Made by a program: the position numbers and the translations under genes. The notes beneath the pieces were generated by a model that saw only the letters and a list, made by a program, of their open reading frames with translations, did not search any database and was not told where the DNA came from. Below, piece after piece: positions 8,803-16,948 of a stretch of 64,000 nucleotides of DNA. Location: positions 64,001 to 128,000 of IMG/VR virus record IMGVR_UViG_3300012952_003952. The stretch is one strand, 5' to 3'. Positions within the stretch are counted from its first letter, which is position 1, and every line of letters starts with the position of its first letter. Origin of the DNA: a virus (taxonomy: Duplodnaviria > Caudoviricetes).

Positions 8803-10440
8803 ATGAAGATAGCAGGACTTTGGTCAGGACACGACTGTTCTTTTTGCGTTTTAGAAGATGGAAAACCAGTAATTCACGCAGAATACGAAAGATACAATAG
8901 AGAGAAGTCACCACCGGGAGATTCAGCAAATTTTATGTTTGAGCGGTACCCTGAGTGGCCCTCAATAACTCATTATGCTTCTGTATATCCAAAAAAGAAG
9001 CTTGCCGAAAGAGAAGTATCTTTTTCAGTTCTAAAAAATCACGTTGAAGCCAACGGAGGAGAGCTTTATTTTTGCTCTCACCACAAAGCCCATGCCGCAA
9101 ACGCTTTTTATTCTAGTAACTTTGAAAAATCTATAATCGTTACTATGGATGGTGGTGGAGTAGAAGACGACCGAGGTGGAGAATCTGCATGCTCTATTTG
9201 GAGAGGAGATGGAACAGAATTAAAACACCTCAAAACTTTCCGGCCGCAAGAAATTAATATTGGCGGAGTTTGGACCCGAGTAACTAGATATGTTTTCAAA
9301 CTACAAAACGGCTGGCCTCGAGGAGGACAAGAAGGTTCCATTATGGCAATGGCTGCATTCGGAGATCCGGAACCCTGGAAAGAAGATTGTTGGAATTGGC
9401 TAACTAAAGACAAAATGTCAGCAGGTTTTAAGCCGCCGACCCAACCAATTGGAGCTACTTCTGACAAAGATCCAACTCACCCGTATTTAGAGCCGTGGGC
9501 AGCTCATGCTAGAATATCGGAGCAGAATCGATTTGATATAGCTGCAGGTTTACAAGATGCCACTGAAGCACTCATAAGACAGATTATTGAATATGCCTTA
9601 AGCTTCGATGCAGACATTGACTCTATTTGCTTAGCAGGTGGAGTAACATTAAACTCTGTTGCGATGGGTAAACTACTAAAATGGTTTCCAAAATTAAAAA
9701 GAGTTTATATACCTCCGGTGCCCTATGACGGTGGTCTTTGCATAGGCGCTGCTCAGGTATTGTGGCATGAAAAGTTAGGTAACCCAAGAATTACTTGGGA
9801 GCATAATTTTACTCCCTATCTAGGAGAAGCCTGGACAGAAGATCATTTTAAGCAAGTTCTAGAAGATCGAAAAGAAGAAATCGAAGTGTCAGATTCTAGC
9901 ACCGAAGATGTTGTTTCTAAACTAAAGGATGGAAACATTGTTTCAGTTTTCAATGGTGCTTCAGAATCAGGTCGCAGAGCTTTAGGAAATAGAAGTATTC
10001 TCGTAGATCCCAGGTCTTCAACCATGAAAGATACTATCAACGAAAAAGTAAAACACCGTCAATGGTATCGTCCATTTGCTCCATCCATACTAGAGTCCGA
10101 AGCTAGAGATTGGTTCGAAGATTACCAAGAAAGTCCATACATGCAGTTTGTTTTAAAGTTCAAAGAAGATAAAGTAGATTTAGTACCTGCAGTAGTCCAT
10201 TTAGACGGAACTGCGCGACTCCAAACAGTTAGAGAAACTGACAACAAGTGGTACTATGATTTTCTAAAAGCTTGGCAAAAAGATACTGGGATTCCAATTA
10301 TACTCAATACTAGTTTTAATGATAGGGAACCTATTTGCGAAAATGTAGAGCATGCTCTAAACTGCTTTTTAGGAACTAATATAGATTACCTCTATTTTCC
10401 AGAGTATAAAAAGATATTGAAGAGAAAGGAAACAGAATAA
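8803..10440 (+). CDS. O-carbamoyltransferase (NodU/CmcH family)
   Basis: GHDCS, ERYNREK, HHKAHAA, DGGG, LAGGVTLN, GRRALGNRSIL, RPFAP, VHLDGTARLQTV and NTSFN. Confidence 0.95.
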   Translation: MKIAGLWSGHDCSFCVLEDGKPVIHAEYERYNREKSPPGDSANFMFERYPEWPSITHYASVYPKKKLAEREVSFSVLKNHVEANGGELYFCSHHKAHAANAFYSSNFEKSIIVTMDGGGVEDDRGGESACSIWRGDGTELKHLKTFRPQEINIGGVWTRVTRYVFKLQNGWPRGGQEGSIMAMAAFGDPEPWKEDCWNWLTKDKMSAGFKPPTQPIGATSDKDPTHPYLEPWAAHARISEQNRFDIAAGLQDATEALIRQIIEYALSFDADIDSICLAGGVTLNSVAMGKLLKWFPKLKRVYIPPVPYDGGLCIGAAQVLWHEKLGNPRITWEHNFTPYLGEAWTEDHFKQVLEDRKEEIEVSDSSTEDVVSKLKDGNIVSVFNGASESGRRALGNRSILVDPRSSTMKDTINEKVKHRQWYRPFAPSILESEARDWFEDYQESPYMQFVLKFKEDKVDLVPAVVHLDGTARLQTVRETDNKWYYDFLKAWQKDTGIPIILNTSFNDREPICENVEHALNCFLGTNIDYLYFPEYKKILKRKETE

Positions 10441-11291
10441 TGCGAAAAACTATTGGCATCATCGGCCAAGGATTCGTAGGATCTTCTGTTAAAGAAGGGC
10501 TAAAAAATTCTTACGAAATAGAAACTTATGATTTAATTTCTGATAAATCAACTGTAGAGTCAGTTGGAGAATTAGTTTGGAAATCTGACGTCATTTTTGT
10601 TTGTTTGCCGACGCCAATGAGAAAAGATGGAAGCTGTGATACTAGAATTATCGAAGGCGCTCTAAGAGAAATAGATAACTGCTTATCAGAAATGGGAAAA
10701 AGCAAATTATTGATTACTAAGTCTACTGTCCCACCAAACACTCACAATGATTGGAGCAGTAAGTACGAAAATTTGAATCTTGTATTTAATCCTGAATTTC
10801 TCACCGAAGCAAATGCTGCAGAAGATTTTAAAAATCAAAATAGAATAGTTTTAGGCGGCCACCCATCTAATTGTAGCGAAGCTCAAGAGATGTTTTCCAA
10901 AGTTTTTCCGAACGTTGATTATTTCTGCACAACTTTTGTTACTTCTGAACTAATAAAATATTTCATCAACTGCTTTCTTGCGACTAAAGTATCCTTTGCA
11001 AATGAATTTTATCAAATATGCGATTCACTAAATGCTGATTATTCAAGAGTAGTAGATGGAGCCTTATTAGATAAAAGAATAGGGACATCTCATTTAAGCG
11101 TTCCTGGACCAGATGGAGATTTTGGATTTGGCGGCCACTGTTTTCCGAAAGATCTTAACGCAATGATATATACGGCTAGTACCCTTGACATCTTTCCAAC
11201 TGTTTTAAAAGCTGCTAAAGCTAAAAATTCAGAAGTTAGAAACAACAAAGACTGGGAATTGATGAAAGGACGAGCAGTAAGTGATGATTGA
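10440..11291 (+). CDS. ugd: UDP-glucose/GDP-mannose dehydrogenase family protein lacking the C-terminal domain
   Basis: GQGFVG, CLPTP, KSTVPP, FNPEFL, K..INCFLATKVSFANE and GFGGHCFPKD. Only 283 aa long. Confidence 0.85.
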   Translation: MRKTIGIIGQGFVGSSVKEGLKNSYEIETYDLISDKSTVESVGELVWKSDVIFVCLPTPMRKDGSCDTRIIEGALREIDNCLSEMGKSKLLITKSTVPPNTHNDWSSKYENLNLVFNPEFLTEANAAEDFKNQNRIVLGGHPSNCSEAQEMFSKVFPNVDYFCTTFVTSELIKYFINCFLATKVSFANEFYQICDSLNADYSRVVDGALLDKRIGTSHLSVPGPDGDFGFGGHCFPKDLNAMIYTASTLDIFPTVLKAAKAKNSEVRNNKDWELMKGRAVSDD

Positions 11292-12174
11292 TAAAGATAA
11301 GAAAATTTTAGTAACTGGCGGTCTTGGATTTGTAGGTTCTAATTTAGTAGATGAACTAATTTCTTTTGGCTGTAAAGATATTACTGTTATAGACGATCTT
11401 TCTTCTGAGTCTTCATCTTCGTCATACATGAGAAGTGGCGTAAAATATTTCGAAAGAGATATTGTTGATTTACCTATCATGGAAAAAGAATTAAAAAACT
11501 TTGACGTTGTTTTTCATCTTGCTGCTTTAGCCAGGTTGCAACCTTCATTTTCAGACCCGACAAGATATTTTCAAGTCAACTCATTAGCTACTTTTTATCT
11601 TTTAGATTATTTAAGAAGAAATAATCCTGAAGCCAAGGTTGTTTACGCGGGTTCTAGCACCGCGTTTGGTGGAACACTTTTAAACCCGTATGCTTTTGCA
11701 AAACACACGGGTGAAGATATCTGCAGGCTATTTTCTAAAAATTATGACATGAACACTGCTGTTGCTAGATTTTTTAATGTTTATGGCCCACGCCAGCCGA
11801 TTACTGGAGAGTGGGCTACTGTTATAGGAAAATTTGAGCAACAGTATCTCAACGGAGAACCTTTGACTGTCGTAGGAGATGGAACTCAAAAAAGAGACTT
11901 CACACATATTTCAGATATAATTTCCGGATTAATATGTTTAGCTAACGGAAATCACAAAGGAGAAATATTTTCTCTCGGAACCGGTCAGAATTACCCTCTA
12001 TTTGAAGTAGCGTTTGCGTTTAAGGATAATATTAAGTTTATTCCTCCAAGACCAGGAGAGGCCAAAGAGACCCTTGCAGATATATCAGCTATGACAAACG
12101 CTACAGACTGGAAGCCTGAATCTAATTTAATGGAATACATAGCTAAATTTAAAAAAGAGAATCTATACAATTAG
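11281..12174 (+). CDS. NAD-dependent epimerase/dehydratase (extended SDR, GalE-like)
   Basis: TGGLGFVG, HLAA, YAFAK, RFFNVYGP and GDGTQKRDFTHI. Confidence 0.9.
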   Translation: MMIDKDKKILVTGGLGFVGSNLVDELISFGCKDITVIDDLSSESSSSSYMRSGVKYFERDIVDLPIMEKELKNFDVVFHLAALARLQPSFSDPTRYFQVNSLATFYLLDYLRRNNPEAKVVYAGSSTAFGGTLLNPYAFAKHTGEDICRLFSKNYDMNTAVARFFNVYGPRQPITGEWATVIGKFEQQYLNGEPLTVVGDGTQKRDFTHISDIISGLICLANGNHKGEIFSLGTGQNYPLFEVAFAFKDNIKFIPPRPGEAKETLADISAMTNATDWKPESNLMEYIAKFKKENLYN

Positions 12175-12200
12175 CCACTCTGTATATAAGATTTTATATA

Positions 12201-13022
12201 ATGAGTTTTCCAACCGAAAAGCCGCATATTTCTTATTCAGAAGTCAAGAATTGGAAAGAATGCCCATACAGACATAAGCTAGCCTATATAGACAAGATTG
12301 ATTTAGGATCTCCTTCTCCTTATTTAGATTTTGGAACTAACGTCCACGAAGGATGTGAAAGTTTTTTAAATAGTGGGACCATCCCTAGAGAAAAACTTTT
12401 AACCAATATTAGAGACGCTTGGAAAAAGCACGGATTCGACAACCCAGAATGGTATGAAAAAATGCCAAAATGGTATAAGCACGTTCCAGTAGATGAATGG
12501 TGCGAATGGGCTTCTAATATGTGGGATGATGTTCCAAGCTTTTTAGATAAAGAATTTCCAGGTTGGGAGCGCGTTAGTGCTGAAGAAATGCTTTATGAAG
12601 AAATAGAAAATCATGACGTGAAATTCAAGGGTTTCATAGATGCTATTATTAAAGTGCCTAGAAAAAATGGGACATACAAATACTGGATTATTGATTGGAA
12701 AACTGCAAAATCTTATGGCTGGGATAAACGTAAAAGCCGTGATTTTATGATGCAAGCCCAACTTGTTTTGTATAAACATTATTGGGCAACTAAAAATAAT
12801 ATTCCATTCAAAGATGTTGGTTGCGCTTTTGTGCTTTTAAAACGAGGCGGAAAACCAGGAAATATGTGCGGAATACTAAAAGTTTCAGCCGGTCCAAAAG
12901 CGCTAGAACAAGCTAACAAGATGGTTAATAGCATGATAAAAAACGTGTACAGAGGATTTTTTGTTAAAAATAGAATGAGCTGTACTTTTTGCGATTACAA
13001 AGATACAGAGCATTGTACTTAA
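12201..13022 (+). CDS. PD-(D/E)XK nuclease, Cas4/AddB-like
   Basis: SYSEVKNWKECP, FGTNVH, KGFIDAII, IIDWKT, Q...Y, and C-terminal CTFCDYKDTEHC, a 4-Cys staple pattern. Confidence 0.85.
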   Translation: MSFPTEKPHISYSEVKNWKECPYRHKLAYIDKIDLGSPSPYLDFGTNVHEGCESFLNSGTIPREKLLTNIRDAWKKHGFDNPEWYEKMPKWYKHVPVDEWCEWASNMWDDVPSFLDKEFPGWERVSAEEMLYEEIENHDVKFKGFIDAIIKVPRKNGTYKYWIIDWKTAKSYGWDKRKSRDFMMQAQLVLYKHYWATKNNIPFKDVGCAFVLLKRGGKPGNMCGILKVSAGPKALEQANKMVNSMIKNVYRGFFVKNRMSCTFCDYKDTEHCT

Positions 13023-13043
13023 CAAATTACGATAAAGTTGCAT

Positions 13044-13072
13044 GGGCCATTTTTACCGAGTGGCCCTTTTTT
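13044..13072 (+). terminator. Rho-independent terminator
   Basis: GGGCCA (13044-49) pairs with TGGCCC (13061-66), followed by T6. It lies directly after the nuclease stop. Confidence 0.7.
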
Positions 13073-13110
13073 ATTAAAATAGATTAGTCTGGAAGAGGTT
13101 TTAACATCAG

Positions 13111-14367
13111 ATGAAAAAGAAAAAGAAAATATTACTATTATCTGACCACGCTCTAAGCACGTCAGGTGTAGGTACTCAAAGTAGACATTTAATAAATGGT
13201 TTGATGACTAAGTATCCGGGTGAGTGGAGCGTGAGGCAATTTGGAGCGGCTATAAAACATGAAAATTATGATGTAGTCCAAGTTACTGAAGACTTCATTA
13301 TAAAGCCAATAGACGGCTTCGGCAATCCAGATATGATCAGGTTAGCTTTAATTACAGAAAAGCCAGATATATTAATGTTGTTTACAGATCCTCGTTTTTT
13401 CGTGTGGCTCTGGGAAATGGAAGATGAAATTCATCAAATTTGCCCGATTGTTTACTGGCATGTGTGGGACAATTACCCATATCCAGATTTTAACACTCCG
13501 TTTTATGAATCAACAGATTTAATAAATTGCCACTCTCATCTAACTTATGAGATGGTAAGTGAAAAATTTCCGGAAAAAACTAATTTTGTTCCTCACGCAC
13601 TTCCGCCTGATTTGTTCTTCCCATTACCTAAAGAAGAAAAATTAAATCTAAAAGAACAAGCTCTTGGAAAAGATAAGAAAGACGACTTTGTCGTATTTTG
13701 GATGAATAGAAATGCTAGAAGAAAAAGAACAAATGATGTTTTAGAAGCTTGGAGCATTTTTGTTAAAAACCTTGAAGAAAAACATGGCAAACGCGACGTA
13801 ACTCTTTTAATGCATACAGACCCCAACGATAACGAAGGTCCAAACCTATACTCTACTGCTGATTTATTTGGAATACAAGACACCGTAATGTTTTCTACAC
13901 ATAGAGTTGGGTTTGAGCAAATAAACATGATGCATAACATATCGGATGCGTGCTTGAATATAAGTTACGCCGAAGGTTTTGGGTTGGCTACTTTAGAGGC
14001 CATGCAAGCTGGAACTCCTATCATAGCTCAAAAAACCGGTGGCTTAACTAGGCAAGTTGTTGATCACCGTGACGGTAGTGAAAATGGAGTTGCTCTAGAC
14101 GTAGATTTAAGAACTCTTGTAGGCTCTCAACAAGTTCCATACATTTACGAAGATTATTGTTCTAACGAAAACATTGCAGAGGCAATAATGAAATTGTATG
14201 AAAAAACACCAGAAGAAAAAGAAGAGCTATCTCAAAAAGTTTTAGATTATGTCAATTCAGAATTTTCTTTTGATAAAACGATAGAGCTTTGGCATGAAAC
14301 TTTAGTTGAAACTTTAGAAAATTGGGAAACAAGAAGAGACCGTAAATTCTTAGGAGAAATAAAGTGA
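13111..14367 (+). CDS. Glycosyltransferase family 4 (GT-B fold)
   Basis: ILLLSDH...SGVG, NRNARRKR, and SYAEGFGLATLEAMQAGTPII. Confidence 0.92.
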   Translation: MKKKKKILLLSDHALSTSGVGTQSRHLINGLMTKYPGEWSVRQFGAAIKHENYDVVQVTEDFIIKPIDGFGNPDMIRLALITEKPDILMLFTDPRFFVWLWEMEDEIHQICPIVYWHVWDNYPYPDFNTPFYESTDLINCHSHLTYEMVSEKFPEKTNFVPHALPPDLFFPLPKEEKLNLKEQALGKDKKDDFVVFWMNRNARRKRTNDVLEAWSIFVKNLEEKHGKRDVTLLMHTDPNDNEGPNLYSTADLFGIQDTVMFSTHRVGFEQINMMHNISDACLNISYAEGFGLATLEAMQAGTPIIAQKTGGLTRQVVDHRDGSENGVALDVDLRTLVGSQQVPYIYEDYCSNENIAEAIMKLYEKTPEEKEELSQKVLDYVNSEFSFDKTIELWHETLVETLENWETRRDRKFLGEIK

Positions 14368-15521
14368 AAAAACGCGTATTGTTTAGAGGGCCGTTGCTTA
14401 CACTTTCTGGATATGGAGTTCATAGCAGGCAAGTATTTCAATGGCTAGACTCTAGAGAAGATTTTGAAGTGAAGAGCCAAGTTCTCCCATGGGGAATTAC
14501 TCCTTGGATTCTTGACGGGAATAGGCAAAACGGCCTAATTGGAAAAATATTCGAATCTACTAACTTAGATAATTTATCTGGTTTCGACTACTCTTTTCAA
14601 GTGCAGCTTCCAAACGAGTGGGATCCTTCGCTAGCTAATTTTAATGTTGGAATAACTGCCGCAGTAGAAACAGATAGATGCAGCCCGCAGTGGATAGAAG
14701 CGTGTAATAAAATGGACCACATTGTAGTTCCTTCTGAACACACTAAAAAAGTTTTAGAAAACTCAGGCCCACTCTCGGTGCCAGTTACAGTAGTACCAGA
14801 GAGCTATCCGGACGGCTTAATTCCATCTGGAGAATCTTTAGGTCTCGATACTGATTTTAATTTTTTAATGTTTGGTCAGATTACTGGAAACAATCCTTGG
14901 AACGATAGAAAAAACACTTACTTTTGTCTTAAGTGGCTTTGCGAAATTTTTAAAGATGATCCTGACGTTGGGATAGTAATTAAGACAAATCACGGAAAAA
15001 ATACTAAAGTAGACAGAAAATTAACTCAGTCGATGTTAAAAAATCTCTTAAGCGAATGCAGGACAGGAGAGTATCCAAAAGTTTATTTGTTACACGGAGA
15101 ATTAACAGAAGAAGAAATAGCAGATGTTTATTCAGATGAATCTATAAAAGCTTTAGTGGCGCCTTCAAGAGGCGAAGGTTATGGTTTACCACTTTTAGAA
15201 GCAGCTGCATGTTCTCTGCCGGTAATAGCAACAAACTGGTCCGGACATCTAGACTTCTTAAATAAAGGAAAGTTTATAAAATTAAACTATGAACTAAAAC
15301 CAATCCATGAAAGTAGAGTAGATAACGCAATATTTTTAAACGGTTTTCGGTGGGCTGAAGTTTCAGAAGAAGATTTTAAAAAGAAGGTTTCTAAGTTTAG
15401 AAAAGCAAGCTCAATTCCTAAAGAATGGGCGAAAGATTTATCTTCTACTATCCGAGAAGAATATTCGCAAGATGCTATTTCTGAAAGATATAATTTGTTA
15501 TTGAGAGAATTAAATAAGTGA
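14364..15521 (+). CDS. Glycosyltransferase family 4 (GT-B fold)
   Basis: GPLLTLSGYG, DRKN, and PSRGEGYGLPLLEAAACSLPVIATNWSGH. Confidence 0.92.
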   Translation: MKKRVLFRGPLLTLSGYGVHSRQVFQWLDSREDFEVKSQVLPWGITPWILDGNRQNGLIGKIFESTNLDNLSGFDYSFQVQLPNEWDPSLANFNVGITAAVETDRCSPQWIEACNKMDHIVVPSEHTKKVLENSGPLSVPVTVVPESYPDGLIPSGESLGLDTDFNFLMFGQITGNNPWNDRKNTYFCLKWLCEIFKDDPDVGIVIKTNHGKNTKVDRKLTQSMLKNLLSECRTGEYPKVYLLHGELTEEEIADVYSDESIKALVAPSRGEGYGLPLLEAAACSLPVIATNWSGHLDFLNKGKFIKLNYELKPIHESRVDNAIFLNGFRWAEVSEEDFKKKVSKFRKASSIPKEWAKDLSSTIREEYSQDAISERYNLLLRELNK

Positions 15522-15820
15522 CTACTTTAACGACAGTGCTAATAATTGCAGCGTCAATAATGGCTCCTGTACTAGTGGTGTCGCTATATTACAATTTTAA
15601 ATTTGGAGTATTGATTTTAAAATATGTAGATCAACTAGAAGAAACACTTGACGTGTTTGATGAAAATTATTCTCGTATTTCAGAAGTTACAGAAATGCCA
15701 GTATTTTATGACAGTCCACAAATTAGGGCCGTTATACAAGATATTGGAAACTGTCGCGACAGTATTTTAAAAGCAGCTAATATTTTGGGTAAAGTTGAAG
15801 AAGAAGAAGAAGAAGTTTGA
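15518..15820 (+). CDS. Small membrane-anchored hypothetical protein
   Basis: Hydrophobic N-terminal segment and acidic EEEEEE tail. GTGA overlap with the preceding gene. Confidence 0.65.
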   Translation: MTTLTTVLIIAASIMAPVLVVSLYYNFKFGVLILKYVDQLEETLDVFDENYSRISEVTEMPVFYDSPQIRAVIQDIGNCRDSILKAANILGKVEEEEEEV

Positions 15821-15830
15821 TGGAGTTTCT

Positions 15831-16568
15831 GTGGAAAAGAAAAAAAGAAAAAAGAGAGTAATAAGAAGAAGAAAAAAAGGTTCAACAACGAAGCTTTATT
15901 TTGACGAAAACACTCAGAAAGCAATTTGCGAATTTCAGCAAACGGAATCTGCAGATGATCGTGGGGAAATATACAAAGATAGAATTTCACCAGCTTTTAA
16001 TAAATTGGCTGAAAATTTAATTTTAATTTATGGATTTGCTAAAAAGGGAGAGAACTTCGGAGTTTTAAAAAATGATTGTGTTACCTTCATGTATGAAACT
16101 TTATACAAGTTTGATAATTCTAGAGGAACAAAAGCATTTTCTTATTTTAATGTTGTCGCAAAAAATTGGCTTATATTAAACTCAAGAAGAAGAAAGAAGA
16201 TTACCGGTTCACACGTCAGTATGGAAGATGCTTCTAGCTTAAGTGCTAACGACAAAATAGCTATAGCAAGCTCTCAAATAGCGCCTAGTCCAGACGACTT
16301 AATGATAGATGAAGAATTTAAAGCAGAAATAATGATTATTCTTCGGCAAATACAAGATAAAGTAGATGGAAAAAATGAAGTAGCTTGTATAAACGCTATT
16401 ATAAAAATATTCGAAATGGTAGACCAGCTAGATTTCTTAAACAAGAGGGCTATCTTTGTTTATGTAAGAGATATTTCTGGACTGAATTCAAAACAGTTAT
16501 CTGCTTCAATGTCGTCTATTAGAAAGCTTTATAGAGAGCTAAAAGCAGAAGATCCATTTTTTATGTAG
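15831..16568 (+). CDS. Phage RNA polymerase sigma factor-like protein (sigma70 region 2-like, probable late sigma)
   Basis: YFDENTQKAI, then LKNDCVTFMYETLYKFDNSRGTKAFSYFNVVAKNWLI, resembling region 2 (kFD..rg.kaf.Yf). The likely start is GTG 15831 with GGAG at 15822-25. Confidence 0.65.
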   Translation: MEKKKRKKRVIRRRKKGSTTKLYFDENTQKAICEFQQTESADDRGEIYKDRISPAFNKLAENLILIYGFAKKGENFGVLKNDCVTFMYETLYKFDNSRGTKAFSYFNVVAKNWLILNSRRRKKITGSHVSMEDASSLSANDKIAIASSQIAPSPDDLMIDEEFKAEIMIILRQIQDKVDGKNEVACINAIIKIFEMVDQLDFLNKRAIFVYVRDISGLNSKQLSASMSSIRKLYRELKAEDPFFM

Positions 16569-16576
16569 GAAAAAAC

Positions 16577-16939
16577 ATGAACCCTCAAGAAGACGTTCTT
16601 AAGAGAATAAAAGAAAAAGAAAATAAGATAAAGCAGTTTGGAGATTTGCTTGATTCTCTTACTAGCACCGAAGATAAAAAGAAGATGCTCTGGAAAGAGA
16701 TCTACGAAAACGCAGTTACAGATAGGGAAAATGCATATATACTTTTTCATGAAGTATATTCTCTGATGTCTCAAACACCGTCAGAGCATATCTCTGTGGG
16801 CCCTATCATGAACAAATATTTAGAAAGAATGAATAAAGCTAATGACCAACTTCTTAAATTAGCTGAGCTTATTTCTAAAGCTGAAGAGCAAAGTTCTAAA
16901 ATAGATCCAGAAGACATATTTTCAAAAATAAGCGATTAG
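16577..16939 (+). CDS. Hypothetical helical protein
   Basis: 120-aa ORF with an AGGA RBS, tightly packed between neighbours. Confidence 0.75.
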   Translation: MNPQEDVLKRIKEKENKIKQFGDLLDSLTSTEDKKKMLWKEIYENAVTDRENAYILFHEVYSLMSQTPSEHISVGPIMNKYLERMNKANDQLLKLAELISKAEEQSSKIDPEDIFSKISD

Positions 16940-16948
16940 GAGAAAGAA

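Noticed and set aside
12183-12203. TATATAA/TTATATA inverted repeat and TATAAT at the nuclease start
   Set aside because: It is a short, purely AT palindrome, and the TATAAT overlaps the ATG itself. This is indistinguishable from background in AT-rich DNA.
12201-13022. CRISPR-Cas system suggested by the Cas4-like gene
   Set aside because: No repeat-spacer array and no cas1, cas2 or effector genes anywhere in the window.
15795-15830. Poly-Lys N-terminus (MKKKKKKF) of the sigma-like ORF and an NLS-like reading suggesting a eukaryotic virus
   Set aside because: The poly-Lys is the off-frame reading of the (GAA)n Glu tail of the upstream gene, and the true start is probably GTG 15831. SD motifs, a sigma factor, DnaG and gp6/gp25 indicate a bacteriophage.
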